Part shown: in pieces, positions 23,712 to 37,229 of the stretch
Numbering within the stretch: position 1 is the stretch's first letter
Layout: each line of letters starts with the position of its first letter
Source: Octopus vulgaris
Lineage: Eukaryota
NCBI GenBank assembly: GCA_951406725.2
Contig: OX597814.1
Coordinates: 102,238,001-102,302,000 of the forward strand
DNA length: 64,000 nucleotides
Direction: 5' to 3'
Position numbers and translations under genes: made by a program
The notes under the pieces: model-generated
The model's input: the letters and a program-made list of their open reading frames with translations, nothing else
What the model was told of the DNA's origin: nothing
Databases searched by the model: none

Positions 23712-23930
23712 TTAATATTGGTTTCAAGTTTTGGCATAAAGCCAGCAATTTCGGGGCCGGGTAAGTCGATTACATCGACCCCAGGCCTCAAGTGGTACTT
23801 ATTTTATCGTCCCCGAAAGAATGGAAGGCAAAGTCAACCTCAGCAGCATTTGAACTCAGAACGTAAAAACGAACGAAATATCCCCAAGTATTTCGCCCGG
23901 TATGCAAACGATTCAGCCTGTTTGCCGCCT
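23712..23930 (-). mobile_element. SINE family 1, older copy
   Basis: Reverse complement of the head and core (ggcaaagtcaacctcagcagcatttgaactcagaacgta). Confidence 0.8.
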
Positions 23931-24289
23931 TAAGGAGGAGGTTGATATTAATAACGAAATTTGATGCAAAGGTTGTCGTCTGAACAAAGAAAATTAATTT
24001 GGCAGCAAAAGTGCATGAAGTACCGTTCAGACACCTTTGCTTGAACTCTCAACAACAAAGATCAACTTTGCTTTCATCTTTCTGGGAACGATGAAATAGT
24101 TCAGGGATAAATGTTATTGACTAAACTCCTCTTAAAATCGCTGGTCACGAGCTTAAATCAAAAGTCAGTATATCTGGAGATGAGCGACGACGAGAAAAGT
24201 AAAAGCAAGCTTGAAAGAAGCTTTTGAAGAGGTAATGTTTATGGCCTGCAGCAAATTAGGAAGGATTAAATGGACTGGAAAACAAGTGG

Positions 24290-24850
24290 GCATATCAACA
24301 AACTCGGAGATCGCCGGATTCTTGAACGTATCCCGATCCTTTGTGTTCAAAGCTGGGAGAGAATCAAATGCCCCTGGTAAAGATGTGTCATCTAAATTTT
24401 TTCAGAGGTCAAATGTCATCAGGGCGAGCAAAGTGGTCCAGCAGGTTCAGGACATCATCACCGATAATTCCAGTGGGTCGATGGAGACTATCGCTGAGCA
24501 GCTCGAGGTAAGGTAGTCCACGAGGACATCAGGTATGCCCTACGAGGTAAGAAGAGAACAGCTTATGTCCTGAAAAACTCCGGGGGTGGGGGCGGTGGAA
24601 TGTATAATCTTGATTCACACCAACACCATGTGGCGTTCTGATACTCTAGATATGAATTACTTGGACTGCTGCATTTGAGGCATCGGCAATGTGGAAACCG
24701 ACCGGTGCCCGTGCGGTGTCAAGAACACGTTGAGGCCGGTCGCAGTGGTAGTGAAATAGGCGTGGAATAGGATCCTGGCATCTAGTCGTTTACGTGGCCG
24801 CATCGAGGCTGTTAGCTTAACTGAGCACAGTTTAGTTGAAAGGCCAATCA
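24290..24850 (+). mobile_element. Heavily deleted DD37D/maT-like remnant
   Basis: NSEIAGFLNVSRSFVFK and VVQQVQDIITDNSSGSMETIAEQLEV are similar to the N-terminus at 27900-28200. C-terminal SRLRGRIEAV remnant. Confidence 0.55.
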
Positions 24851-25147
24851 CTTTGATATAAATAGCTGAATGTGCGTGCTAGTTATCTAGTAGTATGGTG
24901 TTTCTTTTTCGTTTTTATTCTAGTTGTTTTATTTGTTCAGAAATGTCCAGTCCAGTATGTCGTGTGGGGGATGGTGAGCGTATGTGTTATGTGTGTGTAT
25001 GCATGCATACATAAATACATACATACACATTTATATAAGCATATATGTATGTAAATGTGACATGTGCGTACACACACACATAAGAAAAGGATAACTATAA
25101 AATATCTGTTGAACAAAAGAGCCAGTAATTTGCTCATAACTTGAATG

Positions 25148-25158
25148 TACATACATAC

Positions 25159-25225
<67 letters not shown>

Positions 25226-25269
25226 CATATATACATACATATATATACATACATACACATATACACACA

Positions 25270-25314
<45 letters not shown>

Positions 25315-25388
25315 GTATGTATGTATGTATGTATGGATGGATGGATGGATGGATGGATGGATGGATGGATGGATGGATGTATATATAT
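25148..25388. repeat. Compound microsatellite (TA)(CA)(TATG)(GATG)
   Basis: Direct inspection. Confidence 0.95.
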
Positions 25389-26784
25389 GAAAAACAAAAG
25401 ATAGAGATAGGGAGATGGATGAGTGGGCAGACGGACGGAATTTGTGTTCTATATATAATAAAATTATCAATTTCCTATCAACATCAGTAGTTTTAGCTTA
25501 CAAAAGACGTGATTAACGCGGTGTGGTGGGCGGCTGTGACGTAAAGACACCTGATTGTTGGTGTAAACTATTTCGACGTTAGTAACAGGAGAATCACTTC
25601 GCATTGGTTTCCACTTTATTTTCTAATTATAGAGCAAGAAACCTAACTCGGTTATGTTATTTTATGAAAACAAAAAACAAAAAAAAAATCCTTTCTATTG
25701 TATTAAATGTTCTGGGCGCGTCTCTGAATCTAAAAGGTGAAATGGCTGCTGTATTAGTGACAGCGAGATGAAATGAAGATGATAGGGGTAATAGCGTAAA
25801 AGTACGCGTTGTTGAATGTATATTTATCATGAAGTCACAGTTATACAAAACACTGCGATTACAACGAGCCAACACGGAACTCAATCTGGTTTCGCGATTT
25901 TCACTTATAACATAAACAAGCAACCAAATTTCTCTTAAACAAGACCCTATTGTCTTTAAAATATTCACATTGAATAATTATAAAATTTGATGTTAAACAC
26001 TTATAATACACAAAATAATAGCTCTAATTCTCCGAAGATACTAAATTCAATATGAAATGTAAACGAATGGGCTACCTGTTTCTCCGGGAATGGTCAAGTG
26101 ATATAGACACTTCTATCGAGATCCAATATGGGTAAAAAATCGATTAAGGCTGTTCATTTTTTCATCTACGGAGAAACAAGTAAAACTTGTTAAGTTTATA
26201 TGCCTACTGTGTTTGTATGTGTGTGTATACATACATACATACATACATACATACATACATACATACATACATACATACATACATACATACATGCACACAC
26301 AGTGTGAGAGCTAGATATGCTCAGTACAGAAAACACAGGAGTGATCAAGTGAATTTGAAATGGAATTTGGACTCCGAATTCTTCATCCAGGGCAAGTCCC
26401 TCAGTGTCAAGAGTGGCTATAAGAGAAATCCAAATCGAGATGATGTGGAGGTAGTGATGCAGAAAAACACAATTAGGCTTGATACACACGCGCGAGCGCG
26501 CGCACACACACTAAAAAAATACAGAATAAAATATGAAGAAAATATGTAACTTCTTAAGCTGACAGCTGTTTCAGGAAGCCCAGAATTATGTAATAATCTC
26601 AATAATCATAATATGGAGATGCAATGTGCAAACAGTAACCAATCACAAAGATATTACAATAAGTACCCCGCCCCCAAAAAAGATCGACAAATGTGTTTTT
26701 CTACATTGCTACTCCCTCATCTCTCTCTCTCTCTCTTCCTTGCTATCTCTATCTCTCTCTCTCCCCCCCCTCTCTCTCTCTCTA

Positions 26785-26838
<54 letters not shown>

Positions 26839-26841
<3 letters not shown>

Positions 26842-27386
26842 GGTGGCCACTGAAAGACTGAATGATATAAAACAAAAATAATTTTTACAAACACATGGTT
26901 TTTTTATTTTTTCATTATTTTATTTGGGTGGAAACATTTTTTAAAACCAGTTTCAGAATCTTCTGAAGCGATGTTCTGGCGATGCCTAGTTGAGCAGAGC
27001 GATGACGGGTAGAGGCTAATGGATCTTCAAGGGCACTCTACTGTACAGCTTCCACGGCTGTGTCAGTGCGCACAATGCGCTTAGGACATCTTCCTGGAAG
27101 ATTGCCGACTGATCCAGTTCTTTCAAACCGGGTGATTAGGTTCTGAATCATGTTATCGATAGGAGATACTCTAACAAAAAAATGTTGCCGGTATTTTCTC
27201 TGAGTTTGAATAATTGATCTTTCACTGAAATAGAAAAACTCAATGAATTTTACTCTTTGCTAGACATCATACGTAGCCATTTTAATCTCCAAGGGATGCT
27301 CTATAACATGCAAAAATTTTTAATAAAAAATAAAGATCGGAAATGAACAAGTTTTTCAAACCCTTTAGTTTTTCAGTGACCATCTT

Positions 27387-27387
<1 letters not shown>
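26839..27387 (-). mobile_element. Internally deleted Tc1/mariner element (DD41D/rosa-like)
   Basis: TIRs cagggtggccactgaaa / tttcagtgaccatcttg with TA flanks. Minus strand retains the N-terminal HTH (SIIQTQRKYRQHF...LITRFERTGSV) but no DDE domain. Confidence 0.8.
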
Positions 27388-27443
<56 letters not shown>

Positions 27444-27467
27444 AGTATTTCTGCTAATGGATACTGC

Positions 27468-27543
<76 letters not shown>

Positions 27544-27755
27544 TAATTGTCCGGCGAGCGGGAACGTGAAACTCTGAGTAGCAGTTTTTATGATGTCTTT
27601 GCTGCTTTATTAATTAACTATGTGTGTATGAGTGTATAGGTATAACAATGCATATATGTATTATACTCTGTGTGTGCGTGCGCACGCGTTTGTATTAGCA
27701 CTGGCATACGACCTTAAAAATAGTTTTCTGGCAGTGATAGTAGTTTTTTTATATA

Positions 27756-29035
27756 CAAGATGCGATGGGTAAATTGTCGCTATTTTATATTTATAATTTC
27801 GCGCAAGTGCATTATTTGTTTTTGTCGACTACACAGTATAGTAGGGTAGTTGGGCGCCGTCTGTGAGAAAAATAGCACAGTGACAAAATTCACTCTGCCA
27901 GAAATTTGGAAACGACATGCTGTACTGCTTGGCATTCGAGTATTAAGCTCCAATACGAACACTTCAGAAAGTTTGGGTGTCAATCTGTGGGCAGTGCAGA
28001 GGATTCGGAAAGAGTTGGATGAGTCTAATGGTGATGACGAAGGTATGGCAGCTCGGGAAACTCGCTCTGATCGCTCTGAATTTGTTGGTAAGATCCAGGC
28101 CATGATTGACAACGATCCCTCCAAGTCAATCAGGTCCATCGCCGGGGACATGGGAATGCCTGAGTTTCTTATCAGGCAGGTAGTGCATGAAGACATTTGG
28201 TATTCCTTATACAAGATGAGAAAGGACCAATTCTTAACTTAAGCCATCAAGGACAAGGGTAAAGACCGCGCTACGAAGCTTTTGAACAAACTCAAAGCAT
28301 CCCCTCCAACCGAACATGCTTTGGTTTTTCTCAGACGAGAAAAATTTCTGCTAGGATCAGATGGTGAACACAGAGAACAACCGTTGGCTTGCCGTGTCTC
28401 CAAAACATGTACTGAGAGTGGTAAAAATCAAACATCCAGTCAACATCATGGTATTTGGAGTGATCACTAGTGATGGCGACGTTATGCCTCCATTCATCTT
28501 CCGACACGACCTCAGACTCAATACGGAGGCCTGCATCAAGTGCCTGGGAGAGGTAGTGCTGCTCTGAGTCAAGAAGGCAGCTGCTGGAAGACCCTATGTC
28601 TGGCATCTGGACCCTGCACTATGCCACAAAGCAGGAGAACCCAGTCATGACTGTCAGACAATTTCTGCGACCACATTACCCCTAACATCTGACCACCTAG
28701 CTCCCCCAGACAGCAATCCCCTTGGTTATTATGTGTGGGGAGCAGTTGAGCGAGACACCAACAAAACTCCTAGTAACATCAAAGATGAATTGAAGGCAAG
28801 GATTATGGTAGCATTCGCCAACTTATACAAGATGACCGTCCAGAAGAGTTGCAGCAGATTCCGAAGTCGTTTAGAGGCCGTGGTTAAAGACAATGGCGAT
28901 TTTATTGAATAAATTTACTCTTTAATATTTCGAGATATTTTTATGTAATTTTGGTAAATATATCTATTAAAATGAGACGTCAGTGCTATTTTCAGTTTTG
29001 CGTAATTTAGACGAAAATTTATTCACCGCAACCTG
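27756..29035 (+). mobile_element. Tc1/mariner DD37D (maT-like) transposon, full length, decayed
   Basis: Imperfect TIRs caagatgcgatgggtaaattgtcg / cgaaaatttattcaccgcaacctg with TA flanks. Motifs FFSDEKNF, VFGVITSDGDVMPPFIF and PPSSP-DSNPLGYYVWG. Confidence 0.9.
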
Positions 29036-29414
29036 TATATTGTAAATATTTACTGAATATTTTGCACCACATAGCTCTTTTAGTTTTTATTTAGCCTAGA
29101 TCATCCCTGATTAAGCATATATATGATCAAAGCAGTTTATCCAGAGCACCGAAAACTATATCACCCAGTGCATCCTTTTTTTTTTTCAAAATAATATGAT
29201 ATACTTTTAGAGAAATTTCATCACTATTTGTGGCATATTTAATATCAACATAGAACCTCCTTCCTCAGTGGTTGATCTTAGTAAGCAAAAGAAAGGATGT
29301 ATGTTTGTGTGTGTATGTATGTATTATATATGTACGCATGTGTGTGTATGTCTGTATAATATGTATGAATGTAAGTAGGTATGTAGGTAAGTAGGTAGGT
29401 AGGTAGGTAGGTAG

Positions 29415-29449
<35 letters not shown>

Positions 29450-29951
29450 GGTAGATGGGTTTAGATTGAAACAGCTAATTCCAAATTAAAAACAAAAATA
29501 TTTTCCTTCCCCATAAAGATTTGCTCTTTTTAATTTATACCCTAGTTTGAAATCCGCAACTTAATATTATTGGTTCTTCATGTTTGATGATTACCTGAAG
29601 AAAAGAGGGGAATCTTGCTTAAACAACAACAACAACCATAAACCAATAAACGCTAATTAAAATGTGCATACATTAAGTTGTGATTATGAAATTAGATACC
29701 AATCACCCTCCTTCTCCACATCATTATCCTCTTCATCATTTCATTAACATCATGATGATGTTTTACGTCCGCTTTTCGTTTTAATTACTGGCATGTGTTA
29801 GAAATGCAATACCATTAAAGATTATTTTTACTTTAGAAAGTATTTTGGTACATACTAACAGTAAACATTTGCTATCAGCTATATATCTCTGCAAGTATTT
29901 AACGTCTTCAACTTTTCATTCGTCCCTTCCTATTTCTTAAGCTTTATCACT

Positions 29952-30086
29952 AGCGTAGCTAATGGAGGCGATGGGGCCCTCCGTCCGAGCTACGCTTTTG
30001 TCTGCTGCACAAACTTGTATAGGGATCAAGGATTGGAACGGCAAATTCAAAGGCTGCCTCGAGCGGCACACATTCTAACTACGCTG
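29952..30086. mobile_element. Short MITE, probably hAT
   Basis: Terminal inverted sequences agcgtagcta / taactacgct around a GC-richer core. Confidence 0.45.
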
Positions 30087-30354
30087 TTGTTTAATTATAC
30101 TACATGTAAACATTTCTTTTCCCAGCTTTGTTTCGAAACCATGGGTTCCCAGGTTCATTCCCACTGTGTGACACTTTGGCGTGTGTCTTGTCTTCTATCA
30201 TAGCCTCAGTTTAACCAAGTGGAATTTGATAGCCAGAAACTGTACAAGAGCAAATCAGCGAAAACCAGAACGTACCGAATAATGTCCTTTGAACCAAGTT
30301 ACCAATGTACTCTTGTTATTCTCGTTGACTGAAATGTAGCGAACTAGTATTGTT

Positions 30355-30759
30355 CTTTCTTTTACTCTTTTACTTGTTTCAGTCATTTGACTGTGGCCAT
30401 GCTGGAGCACCGCGTTTAGTCGAGCAAATCGACCACAGGACTTATTCTTTGTAAGACTAGTACTTATTCTATCGGTCTCGTTTGCAGAACCGCTAAGTTA
30501 CGGGGACGTAAACACACCAGCATCCGTTGTCAAGCAATGTTGGGGGGACAAACACAGACACACAAACACACACATGTATATACATATACATATATACGAC
30601 GGGCTTCTTTCAGTTTCCGTCTACCAAATCCACTCACAAGGCTTTGGTCGGCCCGAGGCTATAGTAGAAGACAATTGCCCAAGGTGCCACGCAGTGGGAC
30701 TGAACTCGGAACCATGTGGTTGGTTAGCAAGCTACTTACCACACAGCCACTCCTACGCC
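30355..30759 (-). mobile_element. SINE family 2, full-length well-preserved copy
   Basis: A and B boxes, CORE-like gtggcaccttgggcaa, internal microsatellite and tail all present. Confidence 0.9.
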
Positions 30760-31218
30760 TATTAGTAACCAATAACCAACAGCAAGCTTGTTTACTAATT
30801 CCAATATGAAATCAAAATCAAAATCAAGGTAACCAGTAAACTAAAATTCATAAAGGCTTTCTGAGTATTATTTGTATCAAACAACATATTTATGTTACCA
30901 ACATATAAATACCACGAACTTCTTGACATTCATTATTTTCTAACTGACAATCAACATGCTGTGACTTGAAACATGTCTAATTCCAAATTAAGAACAGAAA
31001 TATTTACTTTCCTCATAAATATTTGCTCTTTTTAATTTATAAAGTGGGGAAATTCGCAGGTAAATAGAATTGTGTTTTTACATCAATGTCGTTTTTAGTT
31101 TCATAGAACGTTTTCTAACCAATCACTTTCGTTTCACTTATTAACCGGAAGAGATCTCAATCTTTGTGGTTTCGGCATTGAAGCAACTCCAGTCTCCCGA
31201 GATGATTGTCCGAGAAGT

Positions 31219-31759
31219 AAGTAGTAACAGTACTACAGAGTAAAATCTATTTGCCAACGCAAAGTGGCAGTCCTGATTAGTATGATGTTACTACCTTTTT
31301 TAGCCCCAGGAAAGCATATTTTCCAGCTGGCTACTGACGCACAACTTCATCCTTACACAAGGTAGTAACATCGTCCTAATCAGGACTGCAACTTTACGTT
31401 GGCAAATAGATTTTACTCTGTAGTACTGTTACTACTTCTCACTCAGAGATTTAAAACTAATTGTTTTCCTCTTTACGAAGATCAGTGACTGTGTTACTTT
31501 AAAGGTATATACCTCAAACAAGGCCTAGTACTGCCATCTCTAGCCAATGGTTATCCTGTGCCGACGAAGGAAAATAAACCAGAAACCAAAGTCTGCAGGT
31601 ACCATTTAAGGCTGAGTGAGGACATTAGATCCCTTGTTCGAAGTATAAGGACGCAGTTGTGCGTCGGTAGCCAACTGTAAAAGATGTTTTCCTGAGGCTT
31701 AGAAAGGTAGTAACATCATCCTAATCAGGACTGCCACTTTACGTTGGCAAATAGATTTT
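31219..31759 (+). mobile_element. Penelope-like terminus with inverted plus tandem partial repeats
   Basis: 79-bp arm 31219-31297 is inverted at 31359-31437 and repeated again at 31704-31759. Contains a hammerhead-like motif and ends in (TA)n. Confidence 0.7.
31555..31599 (+). ncRNA. Candidate minimal type I hammerhead ribozyme (U4C variant)
   Basis: cctgtg-CCGACGA-aggaaaataaacca-GAAA-c-caaa-g-TC-tgcagg: 6-bp stem I, short stem II (gg/cc), minimal stem III and a GUC triplet. Confidence 0.6.
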
Positions 31760-31815
31760 CCTTTATTTATATTTACATTTATATATATATTATATATATA
31801 TATAGGCAAATTGAT

Positions 31816-31909
<94 letters not shown>

Positions 31910-31989
31910 GTCTCGGGTTGAGTCAGGGTTAACCACAGTAAATAAGGTACTCAATACATAGCAGAGTAAAGTAATTTATTTTATTTTAT

Positions 31990-32023
31990 TTTTATTTTAT
32001 AGAAGGAGCTCCTTCTATAAAAT

Positions 32024-32027
<4 letters not shown>
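31990..32027. repeat. Perfect 38-bp palindrome with no loop
   Basis: ttttattttatagaaggag|ctccttctataaaataaaa, adjacent to (TA)n. Confidence 0.95.
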
Positions 32028-32112
<85 letters not shown>

Positions 32113-32159
32113 TGTATGTATGTATGTATGTATGTATGTACGTGTGTGCATTATGACTC

Positions 32160-33885
32160 CTAGTGCTGCTCCAAATCACAACTCGTATTGTCTTTGTCTT
32201 CAGGTGCTACATACTGCTTATTTCAATTTCTAGGCTTTTATGATATTTCTTGGCAAGTACATGTTTTTTTTTACAATTTTGTCTTATTCTTATTGTTGTT
32301 ATCTACTTTTACTTTGCATGTTTGTTACAATCACTTGCCGAGACAGACCCGGTGTCCTAGGGTGAGTAAAGGATAAGAGATGGTACAGTTTGACTGAAAG
32401 CTTGAGGAAGGGAAATGGCTGGAGGCGTAGCAAAATAATATCTCATTTAATACATCACAAATATTTAAATTGATAGGATGTTTCTAAGGATGTGGGCAGT
32501 ACTTGACAGCAAAATCTTTGGGATTTCGATGAGACAAGGCTCTCCTGGTATATTATCTACATGTTTCTGACATCCCTTTTTTATCATGCTTAGAGCACAT
32601 AAAATATCAGGAATAGTTCTTGCTTTAAGATGCCAAACCTTTTGTATTTCAATTTCCAGGTCCTTATATTTACGGAATTTGTCAAATTCCTTTACAAGTA
32701 TATTTTTATCAATGGGAACATTTACATCTATTAGTCTACAAGTATTTTCTTCACGTCTTTAATAATTATGTCTGGTCAGTTAGCCTGGATCTTTCTGTCA
32801 GTGTTGACTGGGGAATCTCAGAGGATAGTGACATTTTTATCTTCAACGAATAGCTCAGAATGATGTTCATACCAGTAAGCAGGAGTGCTGATTTTTGGTA
32901 TATACATATTTTCCAATATAAATACTGTCCAACCATATCGTGACAATTTTTGTATTCGTTTGGTGTCAACACAGGGCATCCCGAAACGAGATGGTCTATT
33001 GTTTCGTCAAATGTGTCGCAGAATCTGCATTTAGGGTCAGAACCGTTTTGAAGAATGTCAGCCTGGTAGTTTTTTTGTAAGCCAGCTTTGATCTTGTGCC
33101 GCCAATATGAAACCTTCAGTCTGCTTTCAGTCCTGAACCTCTTAGCCACTGATGGGTTGTTGCTTGGTCTACATCAGCGTTTCTACTCCGAAGTATATAC
33201 TGTCCGTGCAGGAGCTTCTGGCTCCACAGTTCCTCAATTTGTTTCTGCCCGTTCTTTTGCAGTCTGCTTGATCCATTTTGCGTGTTTGGTGGCAGTGGTT
33301 TCAGGTTCTTCAGCTATTTCGAGGTTAGTGCCAAGTTGCCTTGCGAATTTGCAAGCTTCCTTGGCAATGGAATGTGATTTTTTTTTTTTTGCTGCTTTCG
33401 CTTTTGCACACAAGCCGCAGCATCCAGTCTTTTGTACTAGATAAGTACCTGTTCATTGCTATTGTGGAGATCTTATAGCACAGTTCTACCTACATCATTC
33501 CTCTTCCCCCATTACTTCTAGGTAGGTACAGATGATCAACGTCTGCTTTTGGGTGGTGCATGTTCATAGATGTTAGTAGTTTTCTTGTCTTCCTCTCCAG
33601 GCGTTAGAGCTCTGTAAGATTCCAGTTAATGATGTTAAAATTATATTGGACTATATTGGAAGTGTCAAGGTGTTAATGGCTTCGATGCGATTTTTGGAGT
33701 TGAGTTCAGTTTTTTAGTATAAGTCTTACTCTCCTGTAAAACTCCTTTCTTATTTTTTCCTTCATAGTAGCATGTTGTATACCATCTCCTTCATTTATTC
33801 CCAGGTATTTGTAATATTCTTGTGGGCCAAGCACCTTGATGGTAGAGTCAGTATCTAATTTAATGGAGCTGTTTGTTGTTGTTGC
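32160..33885 (-). mobile_element. 5'-truncated RLE-type non-LTR retrotransposon (R4/Dong-like), decayed
   Basis: RT C-terminus YKYLGINEGDG and HHPKADVDHLYLPRSNGGRG, zinc knuckle CRFCDTFDETIDHLVSGC, then the RLE domain. Abuts (TAA)n. Confidence 0.9.
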
Positions 33886-33887
33886 TA

Positions 33888-33888
33888 A

Positions 33889-33978
<90 letters not shown>

Positions 33979-33980
33979 CA
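33888..33980. repeat. (TTA)n microsatellite
   Basis: Direct inspection. Confidence 0.95.
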
Positions 33981-33995
33981 TTTTAATTTTTATAG

Positions 33996-34768
33996 AGTGA
34001 GAGAGCAGTGCATACCATCAAAGTGACACTAGGGTAAAATATACGAAGCCCAGTATACCCATCATGACTACCCGTCTGATAAGGGTACACTAGACACATG
34101 CATCACAACCATATGTGCGCGACATGGTGATCTCATATCAAGATAAATAGCACAGAGCCCAGTTAGAATTTTCTTCTGGTCGAGTAACCCATCCCGCTCA
34201 AAAGGTCCCTGAATAAGAGTTGTTTAAGGATGTTGAACGAAACCCCATGTTTCCAGATTTATTCAAACCCCAAAGAATTCCTGTCAACACATGGCTATGA
34301 TGCTCCCCCATTACTTCTGCTCGTGATCAGAGATGCACATATCGTCAGCGACAAAGGGACATGTTCAATTGGTTAAGGTCAAATAACTGACAAGTAAAAT
34401 CTGTGGTGCTGAGCAGAATATTTGCTGTAGCCCATCTTTTATACCAAGACAAAACAATGTACATGATAACACTTCCAATCAGTTAAGGTTTGTTCATGGA
34501 TGAAGAAAACACCCATGTTTCCAGAGTTGAATTATTCAAACCCTAAAGAATCCCTCTCAACCCATGGGTATGATGCTCTCTAACCACTCCTGCTTGTGAC
34601 CAGAGATGCACATATCGTCAGCCACTAAGGTAACTCAACTAGTTAAGGTGACTCGACTGATAAGCAAATCTGAGTTATTGAGCAGAATATCTGCAGTAGC
34701 CCATCGTTTACACCAAGACAAAACATGTACATAATAACACTTCTAATCGGTTAAGATCAGAAGCCACT
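33996..34768 (-). mobile_element. Non-coding retroposon with an internal tandem duplication of about 260 bp
   Basis: About 34240-34487 is repeated at about 34508-34755. The 3' tail is shared with 18185-18300. Confidence 0.7.
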
Positions 34769-34772
34769 TTCA

Positions 34773-35150
34773 GGCGGCGAGCCGGCAGAATCATTAGCAC
34801 GCTGGGCGAAATGCTCAGCGGTATTTCGTCTGCCGATACGTTCTGAGTTCAAATTCCGCCGAGGTCGACTTTGCCTTTCATCCTTTCAGGGTCGATAAAT
34901 TAAGTACCAGTTATGTACTGGGTCGATGTAATTGTCTGTCATTGTTTGTCCCCTCTGTGGGTAGTAAAGAAATAGGTAAGCTGGCAGAATCGTTAGCAAA
35001 CCGAACGAAATGCTTAGCGGCATTTCGTCCGTCTTTATGCTTTTGAGTTCAAATTCCGCCGAGGTTGACTTTGCCTTTAATCCTTTCACGGTCGATAAAA
35101 TAAGTGCCTGTTGAAATCTTTTGCCCTTGTGGCAAAATTTGAAACAATTA
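34773..35150 (+). mobile_element. Two adjacent SINE family 1 copies
   Basis: Heads at 34773 and about 34979, each with B box and core. Confidence 0.85.
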
Positions 35151-35164
35151 TTATAATAATAATA

Positions 35165-35196
<32 letters not shown>

Positions 35197-35917
35197 AATT
35201 TCAGAACCCCGCGAAAGGCGATAAGTATGAGTGTTACTGAAAACGGTCGTAAGTCGTATAATTTAGCAACAATGCTTCATCCTGTATTTTTGATTCGGTG
35301 GTAGAAAACCACTCAAAAATAATTGAAAATACTTGTAACCATCCGTATGTTTAGGTCCCCATAAAAGCAATTAACTGATGTATAAATCACATGACGAATG
35401 ATTCAGGAAGTAACAAATACAGACTATGCGGTTTGGTGCACATAAATACAGGTGAAAATTGAAGCGGAGTATGTATGAGACGTAGATTGACTGCTTTGTT
35501 TACAAGCCAATACGTAAGTTTGTTTATAAGCAAACAGGGTGATTTGACAAGCAATCATACCGACTAGTTTATCGACAAGAGAAAACAGTTTCACGACCCC
35601 ACAACTAAACAAATAAATAAGGTGAAGTTGAGGACGAACTACTATGTAAACACATACTTCCAAATATATTTAACTTAGAGAGGTTTAATAGAAAAGAAGT
35701 AACTGAAGGCGATAATACAATATGACGTTTAAGATAAACAAGCAATAAAAGGTGAAGGCTTTTCAACTATTTTCCTTTTAATATCAGATAATGAAAAAAT
35801 TATCAACCAATGAAAAAAATCAATTTCTGAAATATTCACGCACATCCTGTTCTGGAACATAGTATATTTTCATTATTATACATGTATACAACGCGCGCGC
35901 AGACAGACAGACAGATA

Positions 35918-35950
<33 letters not shown>

Positions 35951-36214
35951 TTGTGCGCACAATTATTAATACATATATAAATAGTTTTGGTCCACTCGAT
36001 TAAGACTCATGTATGTATATGAAAATGATTATCTTTTAGGCGTGGCTGTGTAGTTAGAAGCTTACTTCCCAAACATATGACCCCAGGTTCTGTACCACTG
36101 CGTGGCACTTTAGGCAAGTGTCGGCTAGTGTAGCCTCGGGCTGACCGAAGTCTTGTGAGCAGATTTGGCAGATGGAAACTGAAAGAAGCCCATCGTATAT
36201 ATATACATATATAT

Positions 36215-36422
36215 ACTTACATATAAGAGACTAAAGTGTACGCCGCTGTATTTTATATATAAAAAATACAAAAATGGGACAAGAATGCAAAACATCTAGA
36301 CGGTTAGGTGATACTAAAAAGGGACAACAAAACATCTAGATAGACGATACGAAGAAAACAAGGACGGGTCATTCGGAGTTTTCTATCCTCAGTCGAGTTC
36401 CAGATTATCTTTGCAATTTCGG
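36215..36422 (-). mobile_element. Family A Penelope-like terminus inserted in the SINE's (TA)n tract
   Basis: Near-identical to 2122-2325. Confidence 0.8.
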
Positions 36423-36532
36423 ATAGTTTTATGTGCTGGTTTGTTTACGTCCCCGTAACTTAGCGTAGCGGTTCGAGAAAAAGATACCGATATAATAAGT
36501 ACCAGATTATTAAAACAAATGTATTGGGGGTC

Positions 36533-37229
36533 CAGTGGCAGCTCGTAGATAAAATTAGTGGGAGTGCTGCTTCAGAAAATGTTTAGCCATTGTTTTAATA
36601 TTGTGTAAAAGGGAACAAACATATAAAAAGAAAATTTACACATAAATCGGTTGGCGTTTTAGCCACTGCCGAGATGTGTTTAATTCGTTCACTGAACACC
36701 GCCGCGAATACCCCTTTGTTTTTCAAAAATCCCCCTACATCACAAAATAAGGGGAGAAATCTGCCCTATTTTTCAAATCCTGGCAGCATCAATGTGGCTG
36801 GGAGCAGTATAATAATTTAATTCTACACTTTATCACATTCAAGAATATAAACACGTTTTTAGGTACAACACACACACAGAGTCAAAAAGAAACACCACCT
36901 TTCACTAGTACACCAGGGTCGGCACTGTGTGAACGACAGTGCTCTCTTTCCCTAGCGTAGAGCTTCCTGTCTCGGACATGTGAGCATGCGCACAACAACC
37001 AAACACCGTGTCGCTGGAACTGTGAAGCGCACAGTTCTATAAGAAATTTGTATTTTTTCATAAACTAGGGGATGGCTACTGACATTATGCTTAAGGATTA
37101 TATAAAGTGTACGTATAAAGAAAGATTTAAAGGAAAAGAAAGGATTCATTATATTGAATGTTATCGATAATATCGAGTGGAAATAAGGGGTGCTGCCGTT
37201 CCACAGTGCTTATACACGAACCGCCACTG
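36533..37229. mobile_element. Non-autonomous hAT (Tip100-like) element
   Basis: TIRs cagtggcagctcgt / acgaaccgccactg. Degenerate 8-bp TSD tgggggtc / ctggagtc at the SINE site ctggggtc. Confidence 0.75.
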
